The notes beneath the pieces were generated by a model. It saw only the letters and a program-made list of their open reading frames with translations. It made no database searches and was not told where the DNA came from. From positions 1-43,063 of the IMG/VR virus record IMGVR_UViG_3300020049_009769: a DNA stretch of 43,063 bases. One strand, given 5' to 3'. The DNA is from a virus. Below, in pieces: positions 28,027 to 35,272 of this stretch. The position numbers were made by a program, and so were the translations under genes. Each line of letters starts with the position of its first letter. Positions within the stretch are counted from its first letter, which is position 1.

Positions 28027-28226
28027 TACCCAACCTCTATTTCCAATATTTGAATTTCTTTAAACTTCCTAACCGCAACACCCTGGCACCTAAGCCGTTC
28101 ACGAATAAAAGCTTCTGCTTTTTCTTTGCTGTTGAAACATTTTATAGCTGCACCAGAAACGTTAAAAAGCACAGGTACCCAATATACTTTCACTCTTTCG
28201 CCTTTCTTGGTAAACCTTGGAAGCAA
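28026..28226 (-). CDS. Hypothetical protein, 66 aa
   Basis: ORF track; overlaps the upstream ORF by 37 nt, so the start is uncertain. Confidence 0.45.
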   Translation of the reverse strand: MLPRFTKKGERVKVYWVPVLFNVSGAAIKCFNSKEKAEAFIRERLRCQGVAVRKFKEIQILEIEVG

Positions 28227-28462
28227 CTATGACACATCATGTGACACTCGCCTGTATCTAAAAAATAAACATGTCTAAAATAAAGAGGAAACCCATCGAC
28301 CTTGATATACCCCCATTCAATTACTAAATCTCTTTTTTCTGGATTGAATAAAAAGCCAACCTCTGGATTTTCAGCGCTCTTTATAAAGCCACAAAACCAT
28401 TCATCATTAGCTTTTTGCATCTCACTGACAGCTTCTTGTGCCTTGGCATTTTGATTGCTCAT
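28190..28462 (-). CDS. Hypothetical protein, 90 aa
   Basis: ORF track; its start abuts the upstream stop. Confidence 0.55.
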   Translation of the reverse strand: MSNQNAKAQEAVSEMQKANDEWFCGFIKSAENPEVGFLFNPEKRDLVIEWGYIKVDGFPLYFRHVYFLDTGECHMMCHSCFQGLPRKAKE

Positions 28463-28650
28463 TATTCTTTCGCCTTCTTCGACCTGCCTTTCTTTTTTGG
28501 CTCAATTTTTGGAGTGGTGGCATTAACAAAGCTGCCAACAGTCTGTTTAAATCCCGTCGCATTACAAACAGGACAATCTTGCCAAATCATACCAAAGCCC
28601 ATCAAACGCTTTTGACCTTTACAGTTATCGCATTGATTAAAATAGCTCAT
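28462..28650 (-). CDS. Small DnaJ-type zinc-finger protein, 62 aa
   Basis: CDNCKGQK and CPVCNATG (CxxCxGxG-like pairs) plus a basic tail. Confidence 0.6.
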   Translation of the reverse strand: MSYFNQCDNCKGQKRLMGFGMIWQDCPVCNATGFKQTVGSFVNATTPKIEPKKKGRSKKAKE

Positions 28651-29129
28651 TATACGTTTACCAAATCCTGATTATTAATCGTATCACTATGCTTATAACG
28701 CCAACCAATTTGCGCTAATCGATAGAGATTTTCCTCATCGATTAAGCCGCTGTAATCCGCATAATGCTCTATGATAACTTTAACACCTTTAACATCATCC
28801 CCAAAGACTTTTCTAACTATCAACTGAAAAATCAAATCATCATCTTCTAACGCGCCTGCATAGACTAATGTATCAAGTAATAATTTATTTATGTTATCTA
28901 TATCATGCTTGCGCCTATCTTTGATGTACATATCTATATATATAGATACAGGCCTCTCAAACATACGACAGACCTGTTTTCTCATCTGTTCAGCAATAGA
29001 CCATGCATTCTTTTTTTTGTAAGCAACACCCGCGGGTCTTAGAAAAACTCGTCTAGTTTTTGGACTAAAGCTATAAAGCTCATTGACCGACAACGGCATA
29101 TCAAGTATAAGCTCAAGTCTTTTTTTCAA
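28650..29129 (-). CDS. rusA: RusA-family Holliday junction resolvase
   Basis: TTG start; LSVNELY...RRKHDIDNINKLLLDTL...ALEDDDLI matches the RusA acidic catalytic motifs (DxDN...D...DD). Confidence 0.8.
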   Translation of the reverse strand: MKKRLELILDMPLSVNELYSFSPKTRRVFLRPAGVAYKKKNAWSIAEQMRKQVCRMFERPVSIYIDMYIKDRRKHDIDNINKLLLDTLVYAGALEDDDLIFQLIVRKVFGDDVKGVKVIIEHYADYSGLIDEENLYRLAQIGWRYKHSDTINNQDLVNV

Positions 29130-29165
29130 TTAATTTACCTATAAATAATCAAATTTAAGTAATTT

Positions 29166-29193
29166 ATTATACAAAACTATTTAAATAAGTCAA
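29166..29193 (-). promoter_or_regulatory. Sigma70-type promoter TTGACT-N16-TATAAT for the long minus-strand block
   Basis: Reverse complement reads ttgact tatttaaatagttttg tataat, ~35 nt upstream of the rusA start. Confidence 0.7.
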
Positions 29194-29338
29194 CAATTAA
29201 TCATCAACACATAATTTATTCTTTATTAAATAATTAAAATATTCCTTTAAATAATAGTTGTCACCCCTGTTTTAAAAATAGGTTGACGGTATAAATACCC
29301 ATTAAAAATATAACTTATAAGTAATTAAATTCATTTAA

Positions 29339-29379
29339 ACTTTGTAACTATTTATAAATGACTTTGTAACTATTTATAA
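29339..29379. repeat. Two 19-bp direct repeats ACTTTGTAACTATTTATAA, 22-bp period (operator/UP-like)
   Basis: Identical copies at 29339-29357 and 29361-29379; the second ends 17 bp upstream of the early -35. Confidence 0.85.
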
Positions 29380-29396
29380 TTATTTTCAAATAACAG

Positions 29397-29425
29397 TTGA
29401 CATACTGATTTTAGTTAGCTATACT
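29397..29425 (+). promoter_or_regulatory. Early promoter TTGACA-N17-TATACT
   Basis: Read directly; ~58 nt upstream of the first early ATG (29484). Confidence 0.75.
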
Positions 29426-29483
29426 ATCAACATATCGCAGCAATACGATATACGAAATAATCAAACCTAAGGAGATTTTTAAA

Positions 29484-29798
29484 ATGAGCACATTAACAGG
29501 TATGAAAAAAACATTAATGAAGCCCCGCTTTTACGTTAAAGCAGACGCAATAAATGCCGTATATATTGTAGGCGATATAATAGAAGATGAAAATCAAGAC
29601 ATTATATCGCAAGATGAGTTTGAAAATAGATTAGATGACTTAGGTGAAAATGAGGTTATTTGCACATTCGTTGAATTATTCGATCCGGCTCAAGAAGAAT
29701 TTTTTGAAAATTTGCGAAAAAATTATCTTGTAAGAAAATTAACGATAAAAGGTTTTGCAGAGATTACTGACGAAAATTTAGCGGCACGCCCCATTTAG
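29484..29798 (+). CDS. First early protein, 104 aa, acidic
   Basis: ORF track; AGGAGATTTTTAAAATG start cassette; D/E-rich core (DIIEDENQDIISQDEFENRLDDLGENE). Confidence 0.75.
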   Translation: MSTLTGMKKTLMKPRFYVKADAINAVYIVGDIIEDENQDIISQDEFENRLDDLGENEVICTFVELFDPAQEEFFENLRKNYLVRKLTIKGFAEITDENLAARPI

Positions 29799-29810
29799 GA
29801 GATTTTTAAA

Positions 29811-29999
29811 ATGAATGCTAAATATATTTTAAAAAACAATCGCGGTGAAAACTTAGCGGAGTTAGCTGGTCAAGACGGGGTAATAGCGCCATCAACAGCA
29901 ATCAGGAAATTCAAAAAAAAATATGAAACCAAAAATTGCTATATTATTCGGGAATTTGTCGATGGAAGCTCGTTAATGATGCATCATTATCGAACATAA
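29811..29999 (+). CDS. Hypothetical early protein, 62 aa
   Basis: ORF track; the identical AGGAGATTTTTAAAATG cassette. Confidence 0.7.
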   Translation: MNAKYILKNNRGENLAELAGQDGVIAPSTAIRKFKKKYETKNCYIIREFVDGSSLMMHHYRT

Positions 30000-30013
30000 G
30001 GGAGGTTTAAAAA

Positions 30014-30316
30014 ATGAAAGATTATTTTTTAACGCGTAATGAAATTGATAAAATATTTAACGCAACAGAAATCGACAAAGCTTTGGATGCCGCTAATTTT
30101 GATTTTACAAACAGAGTAAGTCCAGATTTAGATTGTGCAAATGTTTACGAATTTTTTGCGTATTTAGGGCAGATGAAATCAAAAGATGGAAAAAGGTTGT
30201 ATGAGGTCAGAGCTTATTATTATCAAGATATAGATGAATGCGATGCATACGACGAACTCGATCAATTAGATTGGGACGCATGCGATGATTTCGAAATAAC
30301 AGAATATGAGGTTTAA
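30014..30316 (+). CDS. Strongly acidic early protein, 100 aa
   Basis: ORF track; by hand count ~26 D/E versus ~10 K/R; C-terminus YYYQDIDECDAYDELDQLDWDACDDFEITEYEV. Confidence 0.75.
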   Translation: MKDYFLTRNEIDKIFNATEIDKALDAANFDFTNRVSPDLDCANVYEFFAYLGQMKSKDGKRLYEVRAYYYQDIDECDAYDELDQLDWDACDDFEITEYEV

Positions 30317-30319
30317 AAA

Positions 30320-30448
30320 ATGAAAAAAATCTTAAATCATTTCAAAAGCAAACAATTTGAATATAAATGTTTAACCTTATTATTGACTGTTGCTTGTTGT
30401 TATTTTTACGGATGGTATTGTGTAGCGGCTAGCGTGGGAGGATGGTAA
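30320..30448 (+). CDS. Small membrane protein, 42 aa
   Basis: Hand translated: MKKILNHFKSKQFEYKCLTLLLTVACCYFYGWYCVAASVGGW. GAGGTTTAAAAAATG cassette identical to that of the 30014 gene. Confidence 0.6.
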   Translation: MKKILNHFKSKQFEYKCLTLLLTVACCYFYGWYCVAASVGGW

Positions 30449-30450
30449 AA

Positions 30451-30567
30451 ATGAAAGAATTTTTTAAATGTTTAGTAAAAAATATTGACAAAAATTTTGT
30501 TTATTATCTTGCTATAATAATGATAGTCAGTGGTTTAATTGGCATTATTTTTACAAAAGGCTCGTAA
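30451..30567 (+). CDS. Small membrane protein, 38 aa
   Basis: Hand translated: MKEFFKCLVKNIDKNFVYYLAIIMIVSGLIGIIFTKGS. GGGAGGA RBS. Confidence 0.55.
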   Translation: MKEFFKCLVKNIDKNFVYYLAIIMIVSGLIGIIFTKGS

Positions 30568-30668
30568 AGAATTGGCCGTCTTTGAAACAATTATTTGTTG
30601 GCACGGTCATAGGTTGAATGACACACAGGGAGCCGGTCTGTGTACCGGCATTTAATGGGAGTTAATAA

Positions 30669-31040
30669 ATGTACGCACACGAAATACTAAAAAATTTATT
30701 TGATGGATATAAATTAAGACACAAAAGCTGGGCAAAAAATGAATTTATTTGTTATGAAAATAATAATATTTATTTATGCAAAAGCTTTTTAAGTAAAGCA
30801 GATAGAGAGTATTTTCAAATATGGGAATTTTTATCAGGCTACGGCTCTAATATAAGCATAAATTACGCAATGGAAATTGTAGAGCCCACAGTACAAAATG
30901 AGGCGATCGGTTTAATTGCCGAATGGAAAGAATATTGCGAATCTTATTTAGGGTTTTCGAACCCTCAGGTTTTGCAGGGTGTATTACAATCTATTTACGA
31001 GTCTTTTGAAAATTTTTTAAAAAAAGCAAGTGAGGAATGA
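30669..31040 (+). CDS. DUF2829 (Tad2-like) paralog 1, 123 aa
   Basis: HEILKNLFDGYKLRHKSWAKNEFICY...FQIWEFL. Confidence 0.6.
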   Translation: MYAHEILKNLFDGYKLRHKSWAKNEFICYENNNIYLCKSFLSKADREYFQIWEFLSGYGSNISINYAMEIVEPTVQNEAIGLIAEWKEYCESYLGFSNPQVLQGVLQSIYESFENFLKKASEE

Positions 31041-31043
31041 AAA

Positions 31044-31505
31044 ATGAAACTTAAGTTAATTACAAATTTAATATCAGATGCAACACGTTTTCGTCGAGCG
31101 TCCTGGGAGCCTGGGTTATATATAAACATAAAAAATATAAACGACCCTACATTTTTAGATGCGTCAGAAGTAGATGCTGATGACTGGGAATTTTTCATCG
31201 ATGATAATTTATTTTCTAAAAAAATCGAATTAAAACGGGATGTACCGCGTTATCATATTAACCGTAAGCCTGCATTTTTCAATGATTGCGATTTTAACGT
31301 GTTTAACATGCCCTTTGAGCGCTCGACAACGCCCTCACCGGTCGATAGCAGCGACGAAGAGGAAGAATGGTGTATGATTGCTAAACCAGTAAAGCTCATA
31401 AACGTAAAAGAAGACCGAAAACAACGCGCTTCGTTTTTTGCTCAGAACACAAATAGAGATGAAGTTTTTGACGCAGAATGGCCAATTAAGAGGTTAAAAA
31501 AATGA
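31044..31505 (+). CDS. DUF2829 (Tad2-like) paralog 2, 153 aa
   Basis: LITNLISDATRFRRASWEPGLYINI...DADDWEFF. Confidence 0.65.
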   Translation: MKLKLITNLISDATRFRRASWEPGLYINIKNINDPTFLDASEVDADDWEFFIDDNLFSKKIELKRDVPRYHINRKPAFFNDCDFNVFNMPFERSTTPSPVDSSDEEEEWCMIAKPVKLINVKEDRKQRASFFAQNTNRDEVFDAEWPIKRLKK

Positions 31506-31843
31506 GTGAATATTTATATTTGAATGATATTAATACTGAAGAAATGGCAATTGATTATTTGCTATGTGAAATTCATACCAACCCAAAATGTAAATTAGTT
31601 ATTGAAGATAATGACATTTGCTTACATACTCAAATTCAAAAATTTATATACAAAATTTTAAATGAAATAAAAACTTCAATAGGTGAAGTTATTGTTGATG
31701 AGGATAAATGGTGGGAAGAAAACGAAGATAGAAATTATATTGAAAATAAAAAAACTATTTTTTATATCTTTTACGGTTTGCTAAGTTCCAAAAACATTAG
31801 AAAAATATTAAGATTATGTCATGAGGAGGGGTTAATTAAATGA
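31502..31843 (+). CDS. Hypothetical protein, 113 aa, interrupting the DUF2829 array
   Basis: ORF track; ATGA-type overlaps on both sides; no DUF2829 motif. Confidence 0.65.
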   Translation: MSEYLYLNDINTEEMAIDYLLCEIHTNPKCKLVIEDNDICLHTQIQKFIYKILNEIKTSIGEVIVDEDKWWEENEDRNYIENKKTIFYIFYGLLSSKNIRKILRLCHEEGLIK

Positions 31844-32172
31844 AACTCAAAGACTTAAAAACTTTTGTTAACCCTTGCGGCAAAATACGCCGTGCATGTT
31901 GGCAACAACATTTATACTTAAATGCATTAGAAATGAATAATGAAAGGTATCTATCTTATCAGGATAGGCATGCAGAAGATTGGGAAATATTTGTCGAACA
32001 AGATTTACGCGAAGGCATCCCGATTCCAAGACGTAGAATGATAGACCAGCATATTCCTGAAAGGTTTTTTTCTAATCATGAATTTTTGAGAAGAACCAAT
32101 AGACCAAATTATGAGGCGTTAAGAATTTTAGATGAAATCGATTTTTTAATTAAGAACCCGAAAGGAAAATGA
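31840..32172 (+). CDS. DUF2829 (Tad2-like) paralog 3, 110 aa
   Basis: LKTFVNPCGKIRRACWQQHLYLNA...HAEDWEIF. Confidence 0.65.
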   Translation: MKLKDLKTFVNPCGKIRRACWQQHLYLNALEMNNERYLSYQDRHAEDWEIFVEQDLREGIPIPRRRMIDQHIPERFFSNHEFLRRTNRPNYEALRILDEIDFLIKNPKGK

Positions 32173-32173
32173 A

Positions 32174-32539
32174 ATGAAACCAATTGAAATATTGCAAGCA
32201 TTAAAAGATGGTAAGAAAGTAAGAGGCAAAAATTGGGAAAAAGGTTATTTTATTTACCTTAAAGATGGATTAGTGGTTGAAAAAGACAATGACCGTTTTG
32301 ATATTTATCGATACATACATAATGAAATTAATTACAATGACTGTAGCCTAGAGCCAAATTTAAACTTTGAAATCTATGAAGATTGCGAAGATAAAACGAT
32401 TTTATTAATCAAAAATTTAAAATATATTTCTGATTCCGCCATTAATGAAAATAAAAATTTTTTCCATTATCAAATGATGGAAAATGTATTGCATGAAATT
32501 TCAAAAATATGTGAACAATTTTTAAAGGAAAAACAATAA
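32174..32539 (+). CDS. DUF2829 (Tad2-like) paralog 4, 121 aa
   Basis: MKPIEILQALKDGKKVRGKNWEKGYFIYLKDG is the closest match to the family consensus (..EAlkaLkeGkkvrRkgW...). Confidence 0.75.
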   Translation: MKPIEILQALKDGKKVRGKNWEKGYFIYLKDGLVVEKDNDRFDIYRYIHNEINYNDCSLEPNLNFEIYEDCEDKTILLIKNLKYISDSAINENKNFFHYQMMENVLHEISKICEQFLKEKQ

Positions 32540-33024
32540 TGAAACTAAGTGAAGCAATTCAAGCATTAAACGATGGCAAAATGCTCAAAAATATTTACTG
32601 GGCAAAAGAGGATTTTATTTATTTAAAAGATGGGGTTGTTTATGACCATAAAAACCATCAATTTGATTTTTGGAATTTCATAGGCCATAATTATGGCGCT
32701 TCTTGCGCTCTTGATTTATATATTAATTTCACACTTTACGAGCCACCCTACACAATCGACGATGCTTTTAATGACTTGAAAGAAATTTATGCTAAATATA
32801 AATATCAATATGACTATACCAGCGCTAAAATATATATAATAAAAATACATCATATTCATAATCAAGAGCTTTATATAGAGCCTGATAATTGGCCTATGGG
32901 AACCTATGGCACGTGGTCTCTTTTTCCTTTGTTTACCACATATGCAGATTGCGAAAAAGCCATAGAAGAAATCGGAAAAGACAAAATACTAAAAATCGCT
33001 AAAACTTTAAAGGGGATCAAATAA
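32539..33024 (+). CDS. DUF2829 (Tad2-like) paralog 5, 161 aa with a C-terminal extension
   Basis: MKLSEAIQALNDGKMLKNIYWAKEDFIYLKDGVVY...FDFWNFI. Confidence 0.7.
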   Translation: MKLSEAIQALNDGKMLKNIYWAKEDFIYLKDGVVYDHKNHQFDFWNFIGHNYGASCALDLYINFTLYEPPYTIDDAFNDLKEIYAKYKYQYDYTSAKIYIIKIHHIHNQELYIEPDNWPMGTYGTWSLFPLFTTYADCEKAIEEIGKDKILKIAKTLKGIK

Positions 33025-33299
33025 TGCCATGCCAATCCTGGACTGACCCACTAGAAGACGGGGGAGCTAAAATAAGGGAGGTTACTCGAATAAATCATTC
33101 TTTGGTCGACAAAATAGAAGATCTAAAAAGATCCTTAGATAACCACGCAAGAATGCTCTGTTATTTATTAACCTCACTCGAAAAACAAAATATCAAACAA
33201 ACGGCTTTTGATGGTTTGAATCTTAAAGATAAATTAGAGGTAGAGCTTTGGTGGTTAAATCACCAAAATTACGATAGTCAACGAAATGGGAAAAAATAA
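33024..33299 (+). CDS. Hypothetical protein, 91 aa; paralog of 33299-33568
   Basis: Shares DLKR...LC.L.T..E.Q...WW..HQ..D.QR with the next ORF. Confidence 0.7.
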   Translation: MPCQSWTDPLEDGGAKIREVTRINHSLVDKIEDLKRSLDNHARMLCYLLTSLEKQNIKQTAFDGLNLKDKLEVELWWLNHQNYDSQRNGKK

Positions 33300-33568
33300 T
33301 GGGATGCTCTTCATCGTCCGGATATGAATCAATGCCATCCGTTGTTACAAATTGCAAGTGCAGCGAAATGTATAATGACCTTAAAAGATTATACAAACAT
33401 GAAGCTGATATTATTAATCGTGTATTATGCGCTTTAGTAACGACTATAGAACAACAGGGGCATTTGAAAGAAGCTCTGGCAAATATGCCTGTTCGCGAAA
33501 GCTCAGAATTAACTGCTTGGTGGTATACTCATCAAGAATTTGATAAGCAAAGAAAGGAGATAAAATAA
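33299..33568 (+). CDS. Hypothetical protein, 89 aa; paralog of 33024-33299
   Basis: See the previous feature; N-terminus MGCSSSSG. Confidence 0.7.
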   Translation: MGCSSSSGYESMPSVVTNCKCSEMYNDLKRLYKHEADIINRVLCALVTTIEQQGHLKEALANMPVRESSELTAWWYTHQEFDKQRKEIK

Positions 33569-33768
33569 TGATTCAATACGGCAAAGGCTCAGACTTTGAA
33601 TTTGTAAGAGATACAGATTCTAATCTTTCATTTATGATAAATGAAATTACCCCATACCTAGAAATATGGACTATCGATAATCCTGTAAAATTAACAAAAA
33701 CAAATGTTGCTAAAATAATTAAGCATTTACAATCTTGGGTAGATAATGACACTATGGAGATAAAATAA
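33568..33768 (+). CDS. Hypothetical protein, 66 aa
   Basis: ORF track; C-terminal KLTKTNVAKIIKHLQSWV resembles ELEKHEVKQLIEQLTNWL of the 35030 ORF. Confidence 0.65.
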   Translation: MIQYGKGSDFEFVRDTDSNLSFMINEITPYLEIWTIDNPVKLTKTNVAKIIKHLQSWVDNDTMEIK

Positions 33769-33770
33769 AA

Positions 33771-34214
33771 ATGTTTAGTATTTTTAAAAAAGGTTTTTCT
33801 TTAACTTTTGAAAATGGATTATGCATTTCTACTCGATTTGGTGGTGGAAATTATTGTGATAATTATGAATCAGACTTTAACAGCAAAGATATTCCGCCAT
33901 GCAAAGATTGCGAAATAGCCATCCTTGACACCTTGAGGGGTGATGCATTTGTCACAAAAGAATTTTTTGGTAAAGATAACGACGTTAAAGGGTATGTTAC
34001 CTTTAATGAATGGTTAGAAATAGTTGACAAAATAAAAAATTGGAAAAGAGGTGAAAAGATGTACGCGGTCACTTATACGCGAAAAGTTTTATATGAAAGC
34101 GAGCTAGAGGCAAGTTTATTTTTAGCAAATCAATTAAGTGTATTAGAGGGTATGTTAGAATATGAAATAAAAGAAATTCAACCTTATGCAAATCATGAAA
34201 AGGAAATAAAATGA
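33771..34214 (+). CDS. Hypothetical protein, 147 aa
   Basis: ORF track; contains the FGGGNYCDNY...CEIAIL motif seen in other phage hypotheticals; a strong internal GAGGTGA-N5-ATG occurs at aa 97. Confidence 0.65.
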   Translation: MFSIFKKGFSLTFENGLCISTRFGGGNYCDNYESDFNSKDIPPCKDCEIAILDTLRGDAFVTKEFFGKDNDVKGYVTFNEWLEIVDKIKNWKRGEKMYAVTYTRKVLYESELEASLFLANQLSVLEGMLEYEIKEIQPYANHEKEIK

Positions 34215-34399
34215 CAATAGCATCTAACCTAATGGAAATTTACAAAGAAGATTCAACATGTGAATTTAGCAAAATAATCCAAGAATTACAAACTAATTAC
34301 AAGGATTTCAATACTAGAACATTTACATTTAAAGACGGTTCACAAATAAAAAGAATAAATGAAGGCTCAAGTATAGTTAAATATGAGGAAATAAAATGA
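34211..34399 (+). CDS. Hypothetical protein, 62 aa
   Basis: ORF track; ATGA overlaps; ends in KYEEIK. Confidence 0.65.
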   Translation: MTIASNLMEIYKEDSTCEFSKIIQELQTNYKDFNTRTFTFKDGSQIKRINEGSSIVKYEEIK

Positions 34400-34584
34400 A
34401 AAAAATAAATGATTATATTTTATTGCTCTGCAATGACACACGCCATTTATCAGGTATCGTCAAATCAAGGCTGCAAGATGGTTATGAATTATACGGCAAT
34501 CCTATATTTGAAAATGACCCCAATGACCCTGACGAATTTATAGCAGGGCAAGCTATGATTAAATATGAAGAAGAAATAAAATGA
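34396..34584 (+). CDS. DUF1737-like small protein, 62 aa
   Basis: LQDGYELYGNP...GQAMIKY resembles the DUF1737 pattern (..eGW.p.G....QAm); ends in KYEEEIK. Confidence 0.55.
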   Translation: MKKINDYILLLCNDTRHLSGIVKSRLQDGYELYGNPIFENDPNDPDEFIAGQAMIKYEEEIK

Positions 34585-34778
34585 AATTCAGGTTAATAAT
34601 TACTTATGAATTTGATAAACACATCAACCATTACAAGGATTTTAAATCGTTAGATCTTTTAAATGATTATATTTTAAAACAAATAAAAGATGGAAAGCAT
34701 CTAGTAAACAATAAAGATGGTACAATTTGGAATATAACAGATTGGTGTATTTACGATTGGGAAAAAACCGCCGGCTAA
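34581..34778 (+). CDS. Hypothetical protein, 65 aa
   Basis: ORF track; ATGA overlap with the upstream gene. Confidence 0.65.
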   Translation: MKFRLIITYEFDKHINHYKDFKSLDLLNDYILKQIKDGKHLVNNKDGTIWNITDWCIYDWEKTAG

Positions 34779-34797
34779 AAACAGGAAGATTTACAAA

Positions 34798-35016
34798 ATG
34801 AATTATTCAATATTTGAAGCGCTTGCAAAAATAAGCATAGCCATAACTTTTATTACTGGGGCAATTTTAATTTTATCTGCTATTGCAAAAGGATTCATAG
34901 AAATATATGAAAATCTATGCAAGAATAAAGTAAATGAAAAAAAATTTTATTTTTTTGCCGAAGATAAGAAAACACCCCAAAGCCCAGAAAGTGAAATTAG
35001 CATCTTAAGTTTGTAG
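34798..35016 (+). CDS. Single-TM membrane protein, 72 aa; paralog of 326-580
   Basis: MNYSIFEALAKISIAITFITGAILILSAIAKGFIEIYEN...FYFFAED. AGGAAGATTTACAAAATG cassette. Confidence 0.7.
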   Translation: MNYSIFEALAKISIAITFITGAILILSAIAKGFIEIYENLCKNKVNEKKFYFFAEDKKTPQSPESEISILSL

Positions 35017-35029
35017 GAGCCCTCACAAA

Positions 35030-35272
35030 ATGAAATTAACAAAAGATTTTGATATTAACGATGATGAATTTGATTATCAAACGCTAAGAACAGATAATCA
35101 TGAAATATTTATATCGAATCATTATAGCAACCTAAAACCAAATGAAAATTTTTTAGTAATAAACGCTAGCAGCCTTGACGATAACAGCTGCGGAGAGCTA
35201 GAAAAACACGAAGTAAAGCAATTAATCGAACAATTGACAAATTGGTTGGAAACAGGGAAATTTAAAAAATGA
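35030..35272 (+). CDS. Hypothetical protein, 80 aa
   Basis: ORF track. Confidence 0.65.
   Translation: MKLTKDFDINDDEFDYQTLRTDNHEIFISNHYSNLKPNENFLVINASSLDDNSCGELEKHEVKQLIEQLTNWLETGKFKK

Noticed and set aside
30623-30649. Possible H-type pseudoknot formed by the interleaved stems ACACAG/CTGTGT and GCCGGT/ACCGGC.
   Set aside because: The connecting loops L2 and L3 would be 0 nt, which is sterically impossible. The stems are better treated as mutually exclusive hairpins (reported separately at low interest).
33299-33325. The N-terminus MGCSSSSG resembles a eukaryotic N-myristoylation/palmitoylation motif (MGxxxS with Cys3).
   Set aside because: A short motif is expected by chance. The paralog starts MPC instead, and nothing else indicates delivery into a eukaryotic cell. 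Too speculative to report as a finding.
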